A DNA stretch of 64,000 bases from a virus, in IMG/VR virus record IMGVR_UViG_3300026183_000930, positions 1 to 64,000 of that record; one strand, given 5' to 3'. The position numbers were made by a program, and so were the translations under genes. Numbering within the stretch: the first letter of the stretch is position 1; the number at the start of each line of letters is the position of its first letter. The notes under the pieces were generated by a model. It ran no database searches, was not told the DNA's origin, and saw only the letters and a program-made list of their open reading frames with translations. Shown here one piece after another: positions 57,131 to 64,000 of this stretch.

Positions 57131-58213
57131 TTACGCCTCTGTAATTAGAGAGCCGTATCTTTTGTAAAAGTCATCAAAACTAGACAACTTTTTAGGGTTA
57201 AATGGTAGACTGTAAGTCTTAAGAGCAGTTCTGGCTCCTAACACTACCATTTCAGTTTCAAAGTTATTCATCATAAACTTTAAGAAACAGTCTGCCATTT
57301 TATGCCAGTCATCCATCTTTTTGGATTTCTGAGCATTTTCACACTCACCTTTTAACTCATAACACATTGAAGTGATCAGAGTGTACATAGCACTAATCTC
57401 TTTTGTCTTTAGAGATTTCACTTTGCCTTTTAGAATTTCTGATGGATTTGGAAGATCCCCAGAAATCTTTCTGTGAGCCTGAAACTTGGTTGCAAGACCT
57501 TCACCAACAGCACCAGAAATAATATCTGTCATCTGTACAGTTGGCATTTCGTCATCTATCACTTCAGAAACGAAACTCCATGATCTTGGTGTTGCAAAAC
57601 CTCTTGAACTTGATGATGGATCAAAATCATATAAGTCTTGTTTTGCAAATGTTAAATAACCTACAACTTCAGGATGAATTTGGTTTTCTGTAGCCCATAC
57701 TAACCAATCATCAAAGTTAGGTTCCATTTCAATATGAATTACCCTGTTTGCAAGTGGACTAGGCATTCTGTAAGTAACACCTTTGTCACTTTCTCTGTTA
57801 CCGGCCGCCACTACTGACACACCTTTGGGCAACACATAAGTACCAATTCTTCTGTTAAGAATCAACTGATACGCCGCCGCCTGGGTAGCCATTGGAGCCG
57901 CATTTAATTCGTCCAAAAACAATATGGCTGTGCTTTTAGGATCTGAAGGTAGATCAACTGGTGGTGCCCAATCCATTTTGTTTTGTGATTTGTTGTAATA
58001 TGGAATACCTCTAAGATCAGTAGGTTCCATAAGAAGCAAACGTAGATCAATAACTTCACGATCAAGTTTTTGACCTATCTGTGCAATGATATCTGATTTA
58101 CCAATACCTGGAGGTCCCCATATCATTACTGGTCGTTGCTTTTTGATTAGATGCTCTACTTCTGCTATTGCATCTGATGGTCTAGTAGTTCTGTGTGTAC
58201 TAACTTTTGACAT
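57131..58213 (-). CDS. MoxR-like AAA+ ATPase
   Basis: GPPGIGKS, LFLDELN, AAGN, PLANR, TPRSW. Confidence 0.9.
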   Translation of the reverse strand: MSKVSTHRTTRPSDAIAEVEHLIKKQRPVMIWGPPGIGKSDIIAQIGQKLDREVIDLRLLLMEPTDLRGIPYYNKSQNKMDWAPPVDLPSDPKSTAILFLDELNAAPMATQAAAYQLILNRRIGTYVLPKGVSVVAAGNRESDKGVTYRMPSPLANRVIHIEMEPNFDDWLVWATENQIHPEVVGYLTFAKQDLYDFDPSSSSRGFATPRSWSFVSEVIDDEMPTVQMTDIISGAVGEGLATKFQAHRKISGDLPNPSEILKGKVKSLKTKEISAMYTLITSMCYELKGECENAQKSKKMDDWHKMADCFLKFMMNNFETEMVVLGARTALKTYSLPFNPKKLSSFDDFYKRYGSLITEA

Positions 58214-58333
58214 TTGTTTTACCTCTTTCTGCTTTTGTTAAACTCTATATTGTAATAATAACACAAAACAGAATTCTGTCAACCAGAAAAATACTGTAAA
58301 AAAATGTTGATTTTGCTAGGTTTTTAAAGAAAA

Positions 58334-58771
58334 TTAAAATTTTTCTTCTGGTAAAGAGGGAGGTTCTTGGTAGTTTTCGTCTATGTATCTTGCTCTGGCC
58401 CATTTGTCAAGATCGCCATCTTGTAGTTTTATATCCAAAGAATCCTTGCCATTGAACAATATCAATTGTTTATTGTCTAAATAATAAGGATAGTTTAGTT
58501 CTCGTTCAAGATATTTGATGTGTACATTTTTGACTTGGAAACCCTGTTTCAAAGGTATAACATAAGTTTTAAACATTGTCTTCAATTCAAACAAACCTGC
58601 TTTGTTTATTCTAAGACTGTTTCTTGCATTGTATTCGTTGTGCCAAATCAAAGGTGCATCTGAATCACCATAATATGGAATATCTTGTTGTTTTTTGATT
58701 GCTTGATCAACAATGCTGTTTCGTTGTTTGAGTAATAGATTAATTACTGTCTGACGATTTAGTTTGCTCAT
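58334..58771 (-). CDS. hypothetical protein
   Basis: ORF track. Confidence 0.65.
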   Translation of the reverse strand: MSKLNRQTVINLLLKQRNSIVDQAIKKQQDIPYYGDSDAPLIWHNEYNARNSLRINKAGLFELKTMFKTYVIPLKQGFQVKNVHIKYLERELNYPYYLDNKQLILFNGKDSLDIKLQDGDLDKWARARYIDENYQEPPSLPEEKF

Positions 58772-59063
58772 CTTGTTGTTCTGTTATAACTTTTCCAGAA
58801 GTAAGTTTTACCACTTGAAAATCTTTGCAATTAAATCGTTTGTTTAATCTTTCAGCAAGATTAAAAGCATGACCTGAATTTGAAAAGGATACTTTTTTGT
58901 ATTTTGGTCCTGGGTAATTTACCAAAGTATTCATACTTCTTAAATTAATAGGTTTACCTTGATAGAACACAGAATAGATTGCATCCGCTTTCAATACTTG
59001 CTCTGCTTTGTACGACTTTGGATTTGTGTATTCTAGTATTATGTCTGGTTTAGGTCTGCTCAT
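58740..59063 (-). CDS. conserved large-phage protein
   Basis: MSRPKP..GPKYKKVSFSNSGHAFNLA. Confidence 0.7.
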   Translation of the reverse strand: MSRPKPDIILEYTNPKSYKAEQVLKADAIYSVFYQGKPINLRSMNTLVNYPGPKYKKVSFSNSGHAFNLAERLNKRFNCKDFQVVKLTSGKVITEQQDEQTKSSDSN

Positions 59064-59119
59064 TTGTGTGTTCCATTTCTGTTATATACGTATATTATTT
59101 ATCATAATTTAATAGAAAA

Positions 59120-61093
59120 TTACATATAACTTACTAAAACTTTAGCACTTCCTGTTGTGGAAGAACCAATGTTTAAGTAAGCAACGATATCCGAATCTGA
59201 ACCTGTGGCATATTGGTATGCTGGTTGCACTGCATAAGTGCCTATTGATGTTAAATCAATGTCATCGTTTTCAACAAGTCTAGCATTGTCACTTGCATCA
59301 CCCACAGTTAATGTTGCGTTGGCATCATCAAATGCTTGAGTGACTTCTACTGATACTAGAGTGACTCTTGCATTGTTTGAAACTGTACCAATTGTTGTGT
59401 TACCTGTACCACCTGCCTGTGTGACTGTGGCTGTGATTGTTTTTGCGTCAACATCCGCTGAATCTTCATCTGAAAGTTGTATCCATGATGTACCGTTGTA
59501 AATCATGTACTTCCATTCACTGTTGCCTGAATCAATCACGTATGCTGTGTCGCCTGTCTGTGCCGACAAGGCATTGAGAGCAAAATTGTTTGCCACTACT
59601 GTTGTACCACCTGATGTTCTAATACCTTGTTCAACTGTGACTGCTAGAGGTGGACGACCATTGTGTACTGAAAACACACCTAAATCATTCAAAGGTGTAC
59701 CAGTGGTTTGGTCTAACAGTATTTCTCCACCATCTGTTCTTGTTAGTTTTAATGATGAACCTGTTGAAGCACTTGTGGATAGATCCCAACCTGTACCTGA
59801 ATTTGGACCTGCTACAGGATTGCCTGAACCATCATTGCTTGTGTTAACAATAGTGATTGATCCACCTGTTGATTCTGTTAGCACACAGTTTGAACCTGAA
59901 ACTGATGCTGTGATGTTTGTTGGTGCCGCGGCATTGATATCATCTGCAATATCTTGTGCAATACCAACTGCAACACCATATGCGGCTTGACCCGCTGTGG
60001 TTGTTGAAAATGAAACTGCTGTTCCGTTGATTGTGATTGCACCACCTGGATACACACCAACTAGTCCATACACCAAACTCTGTGAGGCTGTTGTTGCCGT
60101 GGTTGGTGTAGGTGCGGATGAAGCCGTAACACCATGTGTTGCTGTGCCACCATTGATATCTAATATTGTTTGTGCTAGTGTTGTACTTGTCAATGTGACT
60201 GCTGTCTCGTTAATTTCTAATACATCACTTGCTGTCACTGTTGGATTAACCACTGTGCCAGTAACTGATGATTCTATAGGATCTGCTATTTTTAAAAACT
60301 GTATCTTTCCTGATGTTGATGTTGTTGTAAATGCACCAGGCGTGGCCGTGTCTGCATACACAAAGTCACCAACTGATCCTGGTATCTCAGGTAAGAAGTC
60401 AATAATTCGTGTGTTTGGTCTCAGCATGAATTGATTAGCACCAACTGTGTTTGTTACTGTGCCAATCACTTTGTCTGTGGTTGATGAATTTGTTTTTACA
60501 AAACCAGTTGACCCACACGACACAAGATCACCTACACCAAATCCATGTGCTGTTTTGTCTAATACATAGTGCATCTGTGGATTTAGATATTGAAATCTTG
60601 AATTGATGTTTAGGTAAAAGTCTGATGATGTAATAGAAACTGGTACTGGATCAAGCATTGGATGACCATTTTCATTCAATTGAAATATCACACAATATCC
60701 TGTTCCAAATATACCTGAACCAATAGATGATCTAAATGTGTTGTATCTCAACCAATCTTCAACCACCATTGTAACTGTTGATGCTGTTTTTGAACTAATT
60801 GAAACAATTCTACAACAAGTTCCTGTAGTAGCACCTGCAATCCAATCACCTACCTGTACATCAAGTCCGTTGTACTCAAAGTCTTTTCTTGTCAAGTGTG
60901 ATCCGTGTGTTTGTGCTGAAACTGTACCTGTGATTTCCCATTGATAGTATTTTGGATTAGAACCGCCTGACCACCATTTGTCACCTTGGCCATCATTTTC
61001 TGTCCACTGTGCATTATTGTTAATTGACGTTACGTTAATACTTAAAACTTTTGCTGGTTTGTTTACATCAATGTAATTTGTTTTGTAGGCCAT
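59120..61093 (-). CDS. virion structural (tail/baseplate) protein
   Basis: Gly/Thr/Ser-rich; C-terminal domain similar to that of 25726-28617. Confidence 0.7.
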   Translation of the reverse strand: MAYKTNYIDVNKPAKVLSINVTSINNNAQWTENDGQGDKWWSGGSNPKYYQWEITGTVSAQTHGSHLTRKDFEYNGLDVQVGDWIAGATTGTCCRIVSISSKTASTVTMVVEDWLRYNTFRSSIGSGIFGTGYCVIFQLNENGHPMLDPVPVSITSSDFYLNINSRFQYLNPQMHYVLDKTAHGFGVGDLVSCGSTGFVKTNSSTTDKVIGTVTNTVGANQFMLRPNTRIIDFLPEIPGSVGDFVYADTATPGAFTTTSTSGKIQFLKIADPIESSVTGTVVNPTVTASDVLEINETAVTLTSTTLAQTILDINGGTATHGVTASSAPTPTTATTASQSLVYGLVGVYPGGAITINGTAVSFSTTTAGQAAYGVAVGIAQDIADDINAAAPTNITASVSGSNCVLTESTGGSITIVNTSNDGSGNPVAGPNSGTGWDLSTSASTGSSLKLTRTDGGEILLDQTTGTPLNDLGVFSVHNGRPPLAVTVEQGIRTSGGTTVVANNFALNALSAQTGDTAYVIDSGNSEWKYMIYNGTSWIQLSDEDSADVDAKTITATVTQAGGTGNTTIGTVSNNARVTLVSVEVTQAFDDANATLTVGDASDNARLVENDDIDLTSIGTYAVQPAYQYATGSDSDIVAYLNIGSSTTGSAKVLVSYM

Positions 61094-61096
61094 CTA

Positions 61097-64000
61097 TTAA
61101 GCCCCCATCACAAATCTCACCCAAGCATGAGTGGTTGTACCAAACGATCTTGAAGCACCTGTTTCTGATTCACTAACTCTAATATTTAAACTTGAGAAAG
61201 AACCAAATGCTGTTGGTGATCCTGATGATCCGCCACCTGGTACTTTTCTCAGTGTAGTACCTGTTGAGCCCAGTGTGTTCATGTTATATTCATTTGATGG
61301 ATAGTTGTAACCATAAAACATAACTGATAGCGGTGGAGTTGTGTAACCTGTAAAGTTAACTGTCAAATCACCACCTGTTGCTGAATCAATTGATACACTT
61401 GATACACCCGATGATGTATCTGAAATACTAGATATGTCACCGTTAGTTGCATAATTGATTTTAAATTCTTCATACTCAGTACCTGCTGATCCACCTCCAC
61501 CTGCGATTGTGATAGTTTTAGTTGCACCTGTACCTGATGCTGTAACACCTGCACCAACAAAGTTAAGTGTTGTGGCCGCTGTTGCTAATGATGAACCTTC
61601 ATCTTGTACTGTCAATGCACTGCCACCTGACTGTGCCACCCAAGCATAGTCTGAACCATTCCATGATAACACAAATCCTGATGTTGGATTTGATTGGTTT
61701 AAGTGTGTGTCTACATCTGAGTCTGTGTATAAATCTGTTGTCAATGCAACTGTACCATCAGCATCTGGTAAGTTAATTGTTCTGTCTGCTGTTGGATCAA
61801 TTGCTTGAAGTTTTGTTTCATTTGCATCTGCTGTTGAACCTTCAAACGCAATACTTGTGATGCTGTTGATGTCTGCCGCTAAACTCAATGATACATTGTT
61901 TGCGGCAATATCTGCATTAATCTGTCCTGTTGTTCCTAGGAATGTTAATGTTTCAGTTGCTGTGTCAAATGTGTGTGTTCCTGTGTTACCTGCTATGCCA
62001 AATGTGCCACCACCTGCATTTTTCCATTTGAATGAAGTTGAGGCATGATCGTAGTATAAAACTTTTCCGTCATCACCTGCTCCTGTTACTGCGTCAACAT
62101 CTGACAATGTTGTTAAACCTGAGCCAGTTAAACTTGTTAGGTAACCCGCAGTTGAATGATCTCCCCAACTGTATGCTGTGTCCCAGTTAGTTGAGTTTGT
62201 AAGTTGTGAATCATTTGCCATCTTGTTCCAACTGCCACCATGTGCAAAATACATAGCACCATCTGAATGACTGTGTGCTATTGCGCCATGATAAGTTGTT
62301 GCATTTGGAAATGCGGCTTGGTTGGCATAGTAGAAAGGAATAACTGCTGTTGTTGTTGTGGTTGCTCCTCTGCCTGTTACTGTAGCAAGTGTGTCTGCTT
62401 CTGCTGTCAAGTAACTTTGTAGATCTGAAATCTGTGATTCTGTAATTGACAATGCTGTTTGGTGCTGTGTTACTGAACTCTGTGTGATGTTCGCATCTGG
62501 AACATTTGCCCAAGTAACTGCACTTGATAGGTCATTTGTCTCTGCTGTCAGGTAACCTGCCGTGCCGTGGTCTCCCCAACCATAAGCAGTATCCCATTGA
62601 CCAACTTTTGCGTCACTGATGACATTTGTGCCCATGTCAATGTTAGAATTAACATTAACAACACCTGTACCATTTGGTGTTAATGAAATATTGCCACTTG
62701 ATGCAGTTGTTTCAATTGTTAAGTTGCCTGCCGCTGATACACTTGGTGATGCACCTGTTGTTGTTACTGATCCAACTGTTAATTCATCTGTAGTTTTGTT
62801 GTAAGTAAAACCAGCATCGCCACCCATAACACCACCGTCATTGAACTGTACTTGTGTGTCTGAACCGGCCGCTGTTGAAGCCGTTACTGTTGCGTTCTCC
62901 CATTGTGATGTTGATGAGTTGTATTTTAAAAACTGATTGTTTGCCAACGATGCCAATGTGACATCAGTCATTTCACCTAATTCGTTTGCTGTTGCTACCT
63001 GTGAGTCAACGTATGCTTTAACAGATTGCTGTGAAGGAATTTTTGTAGCACTGTCTGATACCATGTTGTCTTCATCAATCAACCAGTTGCCTGTGATTCT
63101 TGAATCAACTCTTGTATCTGTGTAATATAAATTTGTGCCTTCAGTTAGGTTAGTTGTTGTCTTTGTACCTAATCTTGTGTCAAAGTCTGTGTTGAAACTT
63201 GTGTAACCTGTGTTGTCAATCCAAGCATAGTCTGATCCATTCCAAGATAAAACATATCCTGCTGTTGGATTTGATTGGTTTAGATGTGCATCAACATCTG
63301 AATTTGTATAACCATCTGTGATACCATATCCTGCAAGTGTAGTTGGTTTGCCTGTTAGTGAAGCAAACGATTGTGCTGGTACACTTGTTAGATAACCTGC
63401 ACTTGCATGATCACCCCAACCAAATGCTGTGTTCCAGTTGGCTGAGTTGTCAGTCAGTATGCTGTAAGATCCTGCACTTGCACCACGTAACATGATGCCT
63501 TGTGATGTAAAGTCGCCATCTACTACCACATCTGCATGTGATGTTTCTGCTGTCAAATAACTTTGTAGATCTGAAATCTGTGATTCTGTGATTGTTAAAT
63601 TTGCTTGGTGCTGTACCACACTTGATGATGTGATATTTGCATCTGGTACATTTGCCCAAGTAACTGCTGAACTCAAATCATTTGTTTCTGTGAAACTTGT
63701 CAAGTAACCAGCAGTTGAGTGATCGCCCCAACTGTATGCTGTGTCCCACTGACCAACTTTTGTGTCAGTAATGACATTTGTTCCCATGTCAATGTCATTG
63801 CCGTTTGCGTCCAGTGTTCCACCTAATTGAGGAGTAGTGTCCTCAACAAGATTAGACATTGTTCCGCCACCGCCTGCTGACTGAGCCACCCAAGCATAAT
63901 CACTTCCGTTCCAACTTAGAACATATCCTGCTGTTGGATTTGATTGGTTTAGGTGTGTGTCTACATCTGAATCTCCATAACTACCTGACTGTGCCACCCA
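61097..64000 (-). CDS. tail fibre protein with internal repeats (5' end outside window)
   Basis: repeats WDTAYSWGDHxxAGYLT and HLNQSNPTAGYVLSWNGSDYAW; TPQLGGTLD; SVKAYVD. Confidence 0.8.
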   Translation of the reverse strand, partial: WVAQSGSYGDSDVDTHLNQSNPTAGYVLSWNGSDYAWVAQSAGGGGTMSNLVEDTTPQLGGTLDANGNDIDMGTNVITDTKVGQWDTAYSWGDHSTAGYLTSFTETNDLSSAVTWANVPDANITSSSVVQHQANLTITESQISDLQSYLTAETSHADVVVDGDFTSQGIMLRGASAGSYSILTDNSANWNTAFGWGDHASAGYLTSVPAQSFASLTGKPTTLAGYGITDGYTNSDVDAHLNQSNPTAGYVLSWNGSDYAWIDNTGYTSFNTDFDTRLGTKTTTNLTEGTNLYYTDTRVDSRITGNWLIDEDNMVSDSATKIPSQQSVKAYVDSQVATANELGEMTDVTLASLANNQFLKYNSSTSQWENATVTASTAAGSDTQVQFNDGGVMGGDAGFTYNKTTDELTVGSVTTTGASPSVSAAGNLTIETTASSGNISLTPNGTGVVNVNSNIDMGTNVISDAKVGQWDTAYGWGDHGTAGYLTAETNDLSSAVTWANVPDANITQSSVTQHQTALSITESQISDLQSYLTAEADTLATVTGRGATTTTTAVIPFYYANQAAFPNATTYHGAIAHSHSDGAMYFAHGGSWNKMANDSQLTNSTNWDTAYSWGDHSTAGYLTSLTGSGLTTLSDVDAVTGAGDDGKVLYYDHASTSFKWKNAGGGTFGIAGNTGTHTFDTATETLTFLGTTGQINADIAANNVSLSLAADINSITSIAFEGSTADANETKLQAIDPTADRTINLPDADGTVALTTDLYTDSDVDTHLNQSNPTSGFVLSWNGSDYAWVAQSGGSALTVQDEGSSLATAATTLNFVGAGVTASGTGATKTITIAGGGGSAGTEYEEFKINYATNGDISSISDTSSGVSSVSIDSATGGDLTVNFTGYTTPPLSVMFYGYNYPSNEYNMNTLGSTGTTLRKVPGGGSSGSPTAFGSFSSLNIRVSESETGASRSFGTTTHAWVRFVMGA

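Overview
64 kb of an AT-rich, large tailed dsDNA phage genome (T4-like/jumbo myovirus style: TAAATA late promoters, sigma70-type early promoters, PhoH, MazG, DsbA-like protein, long tail-fibre-like genes). It is probably marine and may infect an alphaproteobacterium; this is inferred from the L33, porin and glutamine-riboswitch types. Layout: (i) metabolic genes (peptide deformylase, NadE, radical SAM); (ii) a ~12 kb block of small leftward early genes with 19 near-consensus TTGACA promoters, bracketed by repeat-rich non-coding DNA; (iii) virion proteins; (iv) sugar/carbamoyl modification genes; (v) porin, L33, tRNA-Arg and several structured RNAs; (vi) a MoxR AAA+/vWA pair and tail proteins. 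The two most striking signals are not explained by the ORF track. One is a ~1.5 kb early-gene zone whose template strand is almost free of GA and GG dinucleotides (none in 909 bp; the 202-aa protein there has no proline and only AGY serines). The other is a ~380-nt promoter/terminator-delimited ncRNA made of six covarying bulged-hairpin units, next to an unannotated protamine-like peptide. All calls were made by eye; no searches were run.
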